NCBI GenBank assembly: GCA_002633005.1
Contig: NMRA01000485.1
Location: forward strand, 124,442-188,441
Direction of reading: 5' to 3'
Origin: Phoronis australis
Taxonomy: Eukaryota; Animalia; Phoronida
Length of the DNA stretch: 64,000 nucleotides
Position numbers and translations under genes: made by a program. Below the pieces are notes generated by a model that was not told the DNA's origin, searched no databases, and saw only the letters and a list, made by a program, of their open reading frames with translations. This document shows, piece by piece, positions 1-12,479 of the stretch (positions are counted from its first letter, which is position 1; every line of letters starts with the position of its first letter).

Positions 1-1091
1 AAACGTTTGGTGAGGCATTGCAAACGAAGCACACGATCACACTATCTTCTTTAGCGAGATTCTTGCATCTGCGATGCTTATCAGAGAGCAACAGACAATT
101 TGTAAGGGTAATGAAACGTGGTTACGTGGATGTACATTAGTTTTTGATATGTGTTATAGCACACCGGCGCTTACACAACATAGGACAGGGATGCAATGTC
201 TCTGTAACAATTGCGTGTGCGCCGCGCCCCTTTCTGAGTGCTGGGCCTTGCACTATGTTTGATTTTTAACCAGCTTTACTTTGGCTCCGTCTCATTCGGC
301 TGCTGCTGTTCACTATCTACACTACTTTGAACACGCGATATCCTACGGACAGACTTAGCTGTGGCCTATTGTGAATGGGGGCCTAAACAAAAAATATTTC
401 TCATCACGTCAAGAATAAAATCGGGACACGTCGCCGGAGATTTTAGCCACTAACAAGGGCATTTGCAAAGGCCAGGACGTTTTAAAAATAAAAACGTTTC
501 GTAAACACGCAAGTTGATGTCAGGCGTGCAAGTTCAATGTCACAGTCCGAAGTCGAACAACACGGTCTAATTAAACCAGAGCACATGTTACGCTACAACG
601 AAAAACTGCAGCCTTCGGTGTATTACTATTTCCCATTTGTATTTTCATCAGAAATTTTCGTCATGCGGGACTCGGTGACCTTTTCCATAGCTTAAGCGCC
701 AAACACAAGCTAAACGCAAGACAATCGAGTAACGGTCATGACATCGTCAAGACAAGGTAAAAATTACAAAGCCCGTTACACCAATTCTCAGATGCAAGCC
801 TTATAGAGAAGTAATCATCCGTTGAACGCTTTAGTGACACGGGAGTTGCGTCGATCCCACATTAGCGTTTCTAAAATTTTCCTTGTCCGAAAGTCGCGGG
901 GCAAAAATCCGACGTTTATGACATTGTCCGAAGTTCGAAGATCATTAAAAACAGTTTTTGGACCTTGTACGAATTTCGTGGACTATGAAAAACTCATTTC
1001 GGAAATATTTATTCTTGGTCGAAAATGGCGGGCCGTCCGAAAATCACGCGACTTTACCGTACATTTATGATGAAACTTTTGTAAATACATC

Positions 1092-1257
1092 CACTGGTAC
1101 GGATCCAGGATTTTGAGTTGGGGGGGGGCACCGCAAACAGAGTATTAGCCAGAATTTTGCCCTTCAGACATTCGCACCCCCAAACTGCCAAATGGAAGCT
1201 GGGAGAATTTTATGGGGGGCCATGGACCTCCTTTGACCCCCTCTAAATCCGCCACTG
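1092..1257 (+). mobile_element. MITE family A (hAT5-like), copy 1
   Basis: Imperfect TIR (...CGGATCC / AATCCGCCACTG) and shared internal sequence with five other copies. Flanks ACATC/ATATC. Confidence 0.8.
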
Positions 1258-1589
1258 ATATCCGTTTACTTTGTGTACTATACAATATTTTAAATGCATA
1301 CTTAGTTTTCACTTTAAACTGAAGAATATCAGATTACCATACTTTGCGTTGCGGCAGGGTCAAATGTTCTGGAAAGAAATTTGTAGTGCCTAGGGGAAGA
1401 ATCACACAGCCGCACACCTTAATTGCCTACTAAAATCTGACAGGTGACAGAAATTCTGCTTGCAGCTTTGAACACGGTCTCTTCAAGAAGTATTCTTGTC
1501 TCTTACGATGAACACTCGATCGGTTCACTCTTAGGTGTAGCTGTTTCCCTTCGGCATTTCCCACTTGCTGCTACCCAGCTACTTATTAT

Positions 1590-2025
1590 TATTTCACCAC
1601 CTGTTGTCCATATAACGTGACCTATATGTATAGTATATAAGTCTGAAGATTTCTACCCTGACAGGAACTCAAACACATGCCTTCTGTTCACCGGGCACAT
1701 GCTCTAGTCTACTGATCCATCAGGATAACAGGTCGAACACAGAAATCAAATCAAACTTATAGTTATGGGCAACCCACCCTTGAACTACTGAGTAGTAAGT
1801 GGATTTATAGATTGCAAACATTTTCAAGTCTGGTCTGCACGCCACCTGATGGACACATCCCGTCGCCGCCTGAAAAGATTTTTACCCCAATGGGGACTCG
1901 AAACAGTGCAGACGCTCTAGTCTACTGCACGGTTTGAAGAAAGTCCCGGGTTCGAACCCACATCGGGCCAGAGATATTTCCAGACTTAAATATAGGTCAC
2001 GTGATGTGGCAAACGCAAGGCGTGT
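1590..2025. mobile_element. Cluster of three decayed tRNA-derived SINE family 1 copies (two minus, one plus)
   Basis: A/B-box-like heads (GTAGACTAGAGC; GGTTCGAACCC / GTTTCGAGTCCC) followed by a shared body GTAGAAATCTTTTCAGAC...TAGGTCACG...CAGGTGGCGTGC. Confidence 0.7.
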
Positions 2026-5000
2026 ATGAAGACTAATAATTCTTACTCATACAATATCAACATGCCAATTTATAACAGCACAGTCAGTTAGATTAGACAC
2101 CTGTGCGTATATGTAACTGATCAAGGCAGCTGCCAATAACTTCCATCTAATGCTTGCTGCAAGTTGTTCTGGGGTAACTTAAATACAGTAAATTTCCAAT
2201 AATTTCTAACACAAAAATAACTACCAAAATTGTCATTTTGCTATTTTCCAAAGGCCAATAACTTTGCTACAACTAGTGGAAACTTAGCCAAATGTTGTTT
2301 TATGACAAAGTACAAACCACGCTAGTTGTAAATTAAAATTTTACTTCTGTGAAGAAATTTCACAAAACAGAATTTCACTTGTCGGACATACAATGTGTAC
2401 TAAATAATATAATGCCCACAATGATGTCATGACTTTAAAAAAATCAATATGAGTGGGCTGAAACTTAAGCAACATTGGTCAAAAAGAGACCTTGAACACG
2501 ACAATCAATCCACATAAGGCAGTGAGGTCTCAGCTTGTACACTGCTCAGTCTTTTCCCAGTTGACTTTTCTCCGGTTCGCGACATCATAATGAAAACTAC
2601 CCAGGAGAACCTAGGACAGGAAAATGGTTCTATCCCAGTAAACCACTGTGGTAATTGGGAAGATGTTTTCAATTTTGACTCATGGTTGCCGGCTCTTCTA
2701 GGACCAAACCACCCCTTGTCAATCACAGGTAATCTGTCAATTCATTCTGACTGTAGAAAGACAATACTATGGCAACTGTCTTGAGACTCAGCTTGCAGGG
2801 CTTGATTCGGTGACCTGCAGCAGGAACTGAGACCTGTTTCCCAGATGGTCATTTGTTACTTTGGTGTACTCTTGATGACTGATTTTGAAATATTAAGACA
2901 TTTTCCTGGTTTACAATAGCTAGAAATTGGATTTTGGTGTTATGGAGACATCAATCATTTTTGCTCAACATTATTTTTTTGAAATATCCACCTACAAGAG
3001 ATTATTGACTGGCACTGAGATTAAACAAGAGATTATTGACTGCCATTGAGAATAAACAGATTCCTCAGTCATTTCCCTGCCGTGGTACACTGGTTATCGT
3101 TTTCCTCAACATACCACAGACTCTTTTATTATAAAGGGAAAACTTGGACTTATTTAATGGTGTCAGTAAATGCATATTTTTCTCATCTCAACAGTGAAAA
3201 AACATGAATATTTGACATTCGAAAAAATTTCAAATATTTTCGTTACACACAAGAATATTCCTGACTTCCTCAGGAGACAACTTTTCAATAAAATATTTTA
3301 GTCTTTCCTGAACACAGAGTGTGTTGTCAGTTACACTCTGGTTGAACTAAAGAAAGTTGAGAGTAACAGTTACATACTAAAAATATACAGTTTTAAAACT
3401 CAAAGCTTTATTTTTAAGAAAACCTTTAGCCTTGATCGCCGATAAAATAACAGACACTCAAATGTCCCACAGAAGAATAAGTTTTATAATTAGGCACCGC
3501 ATCACAAGAAGATCCACGCGCTCATTTTCGGTGTTTTACAGTACTTGTATTTCAATTATCCTATTATGACTCATGACAAATAAGCTATTTCAGCAGTTTG
3601 TTTGCAACACTACATTAATAACATTCATATTCAATTCGCAGATAAACTGGTCACATTTATTAGAACCATGAGATACATGATTACTTTCAATTAAGAGCAG
3701 TCCTGAAACAGATTTCTTAAGCCTCAGGTGACCCCTTACCATCATCAAACACCGTCTAATAATTTGGACGTTACAATTAAGAGATGTAGCTGATGTTCAT
3801 ATGATTATTCTTTTCAACAAAACTGCATGAACTAAATAACAAATTCTTATCCAAATTTTAACGTTGTCATGGTTCCAAGCCGGTCCTCCTAATCATGGAG
3901 GATTATTAAATAATTGATAACAAAAGATGACAGCTCTTGCTCATGTATTTACGTTTGATGATACCGACCACTGCATTGTTTCCGACCTGTTGTTATTAGC
4001 TGCTTTCACACTAGACACCATGTGACTTCGGTCACCAGTGGTGTACCTGTTGTTCGTGGATCAACGTATGGATAAAATTTGCATTTAGAGTTTGCATAAA
4101 ACTTGAGTCTTAGTATTGTTTCCTTAAACATGCAAATCACTCGGGATTTGTTACAATTGACTCGCCTTGTAATTATTGCTCATAATACTACAATTTATAC
4201 TTAATTTAAAGAAATAAAGGTAAAATATAGTGTCAAAGGCACTCATCAAATCCAACAAAACACTGTTTATCCTTCAATTCAACTACGACCCGCAGGAATA
4301 ATTTCCGTCCGTGAGTCTTGACTGGCTGACAAACTGTATCTGCAGCGCCACCATTCATATTACTTTCTGAAAGTACCGTATCCCATTGAGCGTGGAAATC
4401 TCCTAATCCCGCAGTTTTCAAACTACCTAACTCTTTGTGTTGCCATAGCTGTGATCAGTGAGAACAAAGCTAAAACCTTTCTCTACCATTACTTTTACAC
4501 ATTATCATTGATTTCAAACTTTACTACAACTTCACCAATTTGCACATGCAATGTGTGATAATTATAGAAATAGCGTCTAGTTTGTGAACACATTCATCTG
4601 AAACTTTAAAGAACTCTGAGTACCATTTTCCAAATGCAGGGATCTGATTGTTTGCAAACCATTTCAAATTAATACTTCAATAGTTCACAAAACTGAAAGG
4701 AAGATAGATTGAAAAGCACTTCATAGCACTATCATGTTTAATTAAAACTTGCTCAGCGATGGCCAGGAAAATAGATAGATTGGTCCAGAATCAAATTTGG
4801 ATGAGGGAACACGGTCAATGACTGATGCCCAGGTTAAGTCAGCGTGAAAATAAACGATGCATCCTGTGCTAGATAGGAAAACGTGCTATTGATTTAAATC
4901 TGTTTCAGTGCTCAGTCATACAAGGACTGGGTGAACACGGATATACAGCATTAGTGCAGCGCTCAATCAAAACAGCAGGTAAATTTTAATTTGTAAGACG

Positions 5001-6804
5001 TTTCTCTTAAAGATATATTGCACAGTGTTTAGGATATATCAATTGCATTTGGACAAGCTGTTTCACAATGGCTAGCGTTGACTATTGGGATTTGATTATT
5101 CGACAGTCACAAAAACCGACCCGTGAAAAAGACAGGTTAGCACTTCTTGTTTTCTAATGGTTATATTGTGGTTGGAATAGAACTCGCACGTTTTCTTTGG
5201 CAAACTGTTTCCTTCTTGTTTTATCTTACTTTAAAGTTGGCCATATTTGAACAACTATGTAGAGGTCAACATAACTTTTAAAGACCTGGGGTGACTAATT
5301 ACAGGCCACCTTATCTTAGCCTTTCAGTCACAGTACACCTACGTTCGCTAACTTGAAGCCACCTTAGCATCACATTACTGTAAATTTCCCTTTACTTGCA
5401 TTGAAAAGTCGTCATAACTTAGGGTAGCATCCAGCACACCTGAGCACCACTTATCTACGAGGTGCTGGAAAACCAGTCACAAGGTTCGATTACTTATAAA
5501 GAACGTGCACTTTTTATTGAAATTGTCATTGCTTATATAAACATCAACAACATTACTGTCGAGTTTGTTATTGTTATTGTTATTATTATTTTCATTGTCA
5601 TTTTTATTATTATTTGTTATAACAGCCTGTTATATCTTTATCAGTATTACAAGTGTTGTTTCTATTACAAGAATTACTATAGTAATAATAATTGTTATTA
5701 ACATTTAATTACCATGTATGTGCATTTTGCAGGCCTGCATTCGAACTAATGCATTTTCCAAGAATTTCTAGGGTCAAATGCATTATATTAACACCCTTAG
5801 CATAAAACCTGGCAATTGAGCACACACAGCGACATCAAGCCTTTGAGCTCATTCCAGTTTCAATTCAAACTCTGTCAGCGCAGAATGGCTCTTTTACACT
5901 GTTTCTTTGGCGGCAAGATTGAGTGCTCCAGCAAGATATTTCTTAGCACAAATGCTAGTGGAAAAACTACTTCCACTTTAATGTTCAGTGTAGTCTAGTG
6001 CTAAATATCTAGACTGATGTTTCAGCCCAGTGTACATCACACTGTTATCCACATCCATAAACTCGGGGGTTAACACCCATGGCCAGGTAATTGCCCAACC
6101 CTGACTTTTGCCAATTTTTGGTTTAAGTACCCACTGCTTGGGTAATTGTCCAACCCCTTGTCTCAGGGTTTCCTACTTTAAGCACCCAGTGCATTAACTA
6201 GAGAGTTCACGGCAAACTGTTAATTAACATTAGTTATTTTAAAAAATGTACTTTTTCTTCCACTTAATGCTTGTTTATCCCAAGATGGTCGATAATAGTC
6301 TAAGGTCCATCCAAGCGTTTATTCGTTTGATCATGTTTACTGCTTGTATCAGTGACAGGCACTATTCATTTTTTATTTGCTGTATCCTTGATCTCCATTG
6401 CAAGTATCCCAAGAGCATTGTGAAACCAGCTTAACCTTTTTGTTCAAGCCCAATCTTTGTGGAAAACGATGATAGACATACTAGTTCACCAGACCAGATT
6501 GGTTAGCGATTCATAGCTTGATTGGCAAGTCATTGTAGTTTTGTATAGAGTCCACAGGTGGCCTACAGTTAGGAAATGTCTTGAATTGCCAACGAACATA
6601 GGAAACACTTCTGTTAGCCCTGTTCTAATTCACATTTGTTCAACACTTAATTGTTAACTGCATTAGACACTTCTGTGAAACATTATAGGTGAATTTTTTA
6701 TCTAGTGATTGTTTATCCATAGACAGTTGATAATAGTTTACGGTATATAAAGCCATTGTTCATTTAATCGAGAACGTGAAGCTTACTACACTCTTTTATG
6801 GTTC

Positions 6805-6911
6805 GGTCTCTGTTCATCATTGGTCTCTGTTCATCATTGGTCTCTGTTCATCATTGGTCTCTGTTCATCATTGGTCTCTGTTCATCATTGGTCTCTGTTC
6901 ATCATTGGTCT
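6805..6911. repeat. Perfect 17-bp minisatellite (GGTCTCTGTTCATCATT) x6.3
   Basis: Direct reading; identical units with no spacers. Confidence 0.97.
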
Positions 6912-9888
6912 GCATTACGACAGACAAAAGCGAATCATAGATTGAAACATCTAAACTTTTTCTTCCATAACCAAAGATTGCAAGACAGAGATGGCAGACT
7001 TAACCACTGTGTTTACATGTAACAACGCCATAATTTCCCCAATCAAGCGAGTGACTTTATGCAACCAAGCTTTGGTGAATTAACTACAACATACAATACT
7101 CTCAAAGGCAACAATCCCATACCTGTCAAAAACATTTTTCGTTAAAGCCACTTACTGATATAAAATCAGTCTAATCTTGTTCCATACTCAGCTTGGAAAT
7201 TCCAATTTCTAAGCTTTAGATGAAGGTACAGTTTGTTATTGCACCACACCACGTCCACTATTTAATTGCTTGTTATGGAGACTTTGTTTCAATCGCCAAG
7301 GAAGAATACCATCACAGGAAGTCATTATTGTCCACCTTAGCAGACCATATGGCGGACAATTGTTCAATTCATCATCTGCCTCTTAAAACTTCCACATATA
7401 AATACGGTATTTCTTTAGATATAAAAAGACTAGTTTAAAGATGGTGTAATTTTTCTGAATAACGTGGTGTTGCTTAAAAAAGTGAGCGTCATAAGAAGTG
7501 AGATTGTTTGGAAAAGTTCCTTTAGACTTGATTTCGTAAGGATTTCGTCGTTGAATTTTTTATTGGTGTACCGCTATACCACTGTTAATGAACCAAACTG
7601 TTTAATTACCATGTACTAGTTCTTGGACGTAAACCAAACATAAGCTTAAATCCTGCATCATCAAATCAAACTTGTTTATATATTTTACCTTAGGTTGTGA
7701 AGCCACTGCCCAGATAAGCAACTGCTCTACTTTTAAAGGAAATATTTGCCACATTTGTCACTAATGGAGACTTTCCAAATGTTCTTTTCATAAACACAGT
7801 ACAAGCCAAAACTTAACAGTACAAACACACTTAATTTCTCAATACCCATCATATGCAATAATGAGACAGACCACAGAGAAAATATTGTGTCCTGATTTCA
7901 TGAGACTTCAATTTAGATAACATGAATATGCAGGATGTTAATACTCCAATCTCGAGCAATCCAATCACCATAGGATCTAGTGCAGATTTGGACTTAATAT
8001 GCAGTTAATCCTGATTCCACAGGAACTTAAAAATCTTAGGGATGCTTTGAAAACTTAAGGAAAACTTCAGGTAATTTGTTGAGTCGAATCTATATTTTTA
8101 CTCAAGAATTCAAGTTGACCTATCGGCAGTCGCGAGGCAGCAACGCATCAGTCGGCGAGTTTTTCGCTCTGGGATTTTCTGATAAAAACTTGTAATTTAA
8201 CAACAAAGTTTGATAGCAATGCACTGCAATTTTGTAGAAACTCTGTCATAGGTTACAGATGCGTCACAGAGCATAAATTTGATGAATTCTAGCTTACGAT
8301 TTCACCTATTTCGGAGACCAGGTTTCAATCACTTTGGGCTATAAGCGCCCCCCTTCCTGCAGCGAATTTTTCTAAGCACCCTGGGCGAGGGCGAATACGG
8401 TATTTTAAGCAGAAGTTTTGCTTGCAGAATAACTACTAGGGTTCACCTTTCCCACTTACCGAAACTTCGGTACAAGCGAAAGCAACTTATAACTTCATCA
8501 TAATCCTTCAAGCTAGCATTTGTCATTCACATTTCTCAGTTATCAATATTTTTAATGGTAATAACCTCATCAGCTATGCTTTCCATGAGGGCCTCTGCAT
8601 CCACATTACATTCACCCACACTTACGCCAAACTGCCTCTCTTTCACACGCTGAAGTTAAAAGCGAACATGAGGAGACAAGAGTGCAATGCTCCCAGTTTG
8701 CATTTAGCATTTTCAAAAAAATCAAGTTAGTTTTCAACAGTGAATCATTATGCCTAAGTTGTTGACAGTCTGTCTTTGGCATGTCCTTAAACTGTTCAAT
8801 TTCATGACAAAAAGCAGCGGGTAACCAACTCTGTCATGGCAGGTGATTGACGCTTTGTAAATCAAAACACCTGTGGCTGTTGAAATTACTTGAAGACTAA
8901 GGCCACGTTTGATCTTGACCTTAACACGAGACAAATAACAACAGTGCAATATCCCATGATTTTATACTTAATATCGCAATCGATTTACTTTGAATCAGTG
9001 TGTCCTGATTGGCTTTCGTCACTAAGCCTACAATTCCCCATTTAAACTGCAAAGAGCGGGTTTACATGATCCAGCATCTTCTAGACATGGAGGCTTTTCA
9101 CAGCATTTCCTTAAGAGTTTTTGCACTTTCGACAATCGGGCATAGAAGCTGGGTAATCAAACTTTAAACTTTCTGAATGAATTTTCAAACTCGATGCAAG
9201 GAAGCCAAACTCGTGGTGGCAATATTAAAACTTGACGCAGTGACGAGTCAAAACAGGTTGTGGAGAACAATGGTAATGTCACCAGAGTTGAACTGATTCG
9301 AGTGTGGGTTCATTCGCACCTCAAAAGGCATGCATCGATTAAGCTCAAACCCTGACATCCACAGGCAAGTTCAGATGGAAACCAAGCTTAACCACGTACA
9401 TTTACACATCCTTCCTAAATCGATATGGATCTCACACAAGCCTCAAGTCTTCAATATAAACGGGGTATAACAGTATAAAAAGTTGCACCCCTATTTAAAG
9501 TAGAATATCCTTCTTCACAATGGCAAAACGGCAGCGTCCAATCAGAAACCAGTGTGCACAGAAAGGCCATAAAGAACGAATATAGAGCCAGTATGACCAC
9601 TATGTTCTCCATTTTGTATATCTTACTAGTGGCATTCAGGTGTAAAATTTAGCGGGAATTACCCTATCTTACACGGGAAGGGGGCAAACCTCCTCTCGAC
9701 CTCCACCAACTCGGCGCTAGGCGCCTCCGATTCGCGCGAGTCCTAAACCTCCCATTACTGAAAACGTTGATCTCCCACTGTACAAACACCAAGTACCGTA
9801 TCCATGTATGATCACATATAATTTTTTGCTCCAAAATTACATGCCACATTTTGAGACAAAACGAGGACTGCTAAGATAACGGCTGGTA

Positions 9889-10115
9889 CAGTAATTCATC
9901 AACATTATTGCCAAAACTGATAATTTTTCCAAGTAAGTTTCAATGGTCTGTTACCTTCTGGCAAACAATGAGAACTTTAGAAAATGTTGTTCTATGACAT
10001 CTACATACTTGTAATAGACCAAATGTTCTTAATTTTTTACTTTTGTGGAGAAATTTAACAACACAGAATTTCACTTGTCAGCCATGCCGTGTGGTAAATA
10101 AATTAAAAATTACTG
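9889..10115. mobile_element. Tc1/mariner(pogo)-type MITE family C, representative copy
   Basis: TA|CAGTAATT...AATTACTG|TA. Related sequence lies at ~2184-2420, ~11515-11730 and, inverted, ~16400-16511 (e.g. CAGAATTTCACTTGTC shared with the 2184 copy). Confidence 0.7.
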
Positions 10116-12428
10116 TAATGTTTAAAAATAATGAGCAATTCACTTGAATGCGCAATTCATGCCAAGACATGGGTTTTCAGCAATTACAAAAAATGGACAG
10201 AATTCACGCAATAACAGGTTTCGAATGGAATTCCCATATTTCAATTACACATTCTAGAATTCAAATACTTTTGCTTCTTATACAGTGCCATTAACAGTAC
10301 ACTCCACCACGTCTGTTAAAGGATACGGATACTTTCCACATCCAGATCAACAATCGTGTTGCAGCAGACGTGTTCAAGTAATTGTACATTTTTCCTGAAG
10401 GTGGAGCTGTTCTTTCTCTGGTTTCCAGCAGCAACACAAGAGCAAGGCTATTCCATAACACTTCCATGCCAACGACTTGTTATTCAATTAGAAACAGTAA
10501 CACAGTTTACTAATAGCAAAAACAGAAAAAATCAAGAACTTTATCTTAGCTGAAATGTTTTCCTTTGTTTTTTGAAAACTAGAAACAAATGTCTCTATTC
10601 AAGTCTCAAAACTGAGCAAGTTTCACTATCGCCATCTATAATCTTATGACCAAATCAACTAAATAAACAGCTCAGGAATGCACACATACTGACCACACAC
10701 AATATGATCTCATAAAATATAACATTATTAAAACTAAACAGTAGTCTTGCTACACAGAAACCTATATAAAACTATCAAAGGAGCATTAGTTTCAAGCCCA
10801 TTTCCATTGGCATGGAATTAAAAATAGGTGGTCTATTTCATTTAACAAAATCACATAGCATACACTACAAAAATGTGTAAATTTATGATCAACAACAAGG
10901 GTTCTTTGAAAATAAGGCCTTAGAATACAAAAGTTCAGGCAGCATGACATACATGTGCAACATATTAAGTGGCTTCAACAAATTCCTGAGCCAATATTGA
11001 GTCTGGGTAAACATGGTCAGAGCAGTTGGAAATCATTGGAAGCATTGTGGTCAAGTGGTCAAGTGGCCCAGTTGCAGTCTCTTTAGGAAGATATAGTGGG
11101 TTCAAATCCCAGTAGATAACACTGCTGGACCCTTGAATAGAGTCTGCTGCTGCTTTGAAGTTGAGTAGGCAGTGCTCTGTCAATCGCAATGTTCAGCTAA
11201 GTCCCAAACCCTCTGATAGTCTTAAAAAAAGCAGACAACCATGTCCTGTATCTTGAGTTACGTTTTTAGCTCATAATTTTCACAAAAATGGTAATATTTT
11301 TTTTACTGTGGTGGGCAACGATTGGAGAATGTTACAATAATGACTCAATATTTTACAGATTGAGGCCACTTAAAAGTATTGTAAAGCAACGATCAATAAA
11401 AATTTTTCAAACAATGTGGCTAAAATTTTGAGCGATATGGTCAAATTTCAGTGTCCGGGTTTAAAGGTTGAGCACAGTAGACCACCACACACACAAAAAA
11501 CTATAAACTCCCGCCCGTAATTCTATCATTTTGCACAGAAATAATTGCCAAATTTCCATTATCCATATTTCAAAGGCTGATAACTACCAATTGTGGAAAC
11601 CTTACCAAAAGTGATAGCTACTCAGTACAACTAGGATAGCAATAGACGAAAATGTTCTTGATCTTTATTTTTGCTAAGTATTTTTATTTGTCAACCATAT
11701 TGTGGCCTAAATAAGTGAAATATTACCATAATATCTATATAGTGCGTGTAAAGTCCTTTCACTTCAAGGTTCCCATGGGGAATGTCAGTTGGTATTAACG
11801 GTTAATTTCGCTACTGGATCAAAGTTAACAGCGAAAGTTAACTTCCCACTCAATGACTCAACAGGTGGCTTTCACACCAGAGTATCCTCTGGTTTACTTC
11901 AGTGTTATCCAAGTTATCAACAGGTGTCACTCTCAATAACAACATGGCATGTGCGTCTGTATTACTTGATTTTTTTTCAATATTCTCCATTCGAACAATA
12001 CAAACACTCCAAATCATGTATTACAATACTTTAAATTTAAACCACATGCCTGCATATATGTATAATGTATTTCAGAGTGCCATTTTGTGATAACTGAGAT
12101 GACCTATACATCAAATTATGGTAACTCAAGTATGGTGCTAGGTGCTATCGACCGAAATCTGTCTGAAAGGTTCACCAAACGCCGGTTTACATGGACGTTC
12201 TTCCAGTGCTGGAATTAAGATGTAATGAAAAGGTCTCGAAAGTTCTGGTTGTTTATTAGACGCACAGTACAACAGCTAATATGGTCAGCTGCAGAGCCAT
12301 TAAGGTTTTGTATAGCAACCATCACCATGAAGTTGAAATAATTCCCAGTTAAATAATTTAAGTTTACAACCCGCCTTACTAAAATTCTCAACTAAGGACA
12401 AATAAAATATATTCTTTAAAATCCCATG

Positions 12429-12479
12429 AAGGGTTAATTAGGTCAAGGGTTAATTAGGTCAAGGGTTAATTAGGTCAAG
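12429..12479. repeat. 16-bp tandem repeat (AAGGGTTAATTAGGTC) x3
   Basis: Direct reading. Confidence 0.95.

Noticed and set aside
6805-6911. Possible CRISPR-like repeat array
   Set aside because: Units are contiguous with no spacers, there are no cas genes and the context is eukaryotic. It is a minisatellite.
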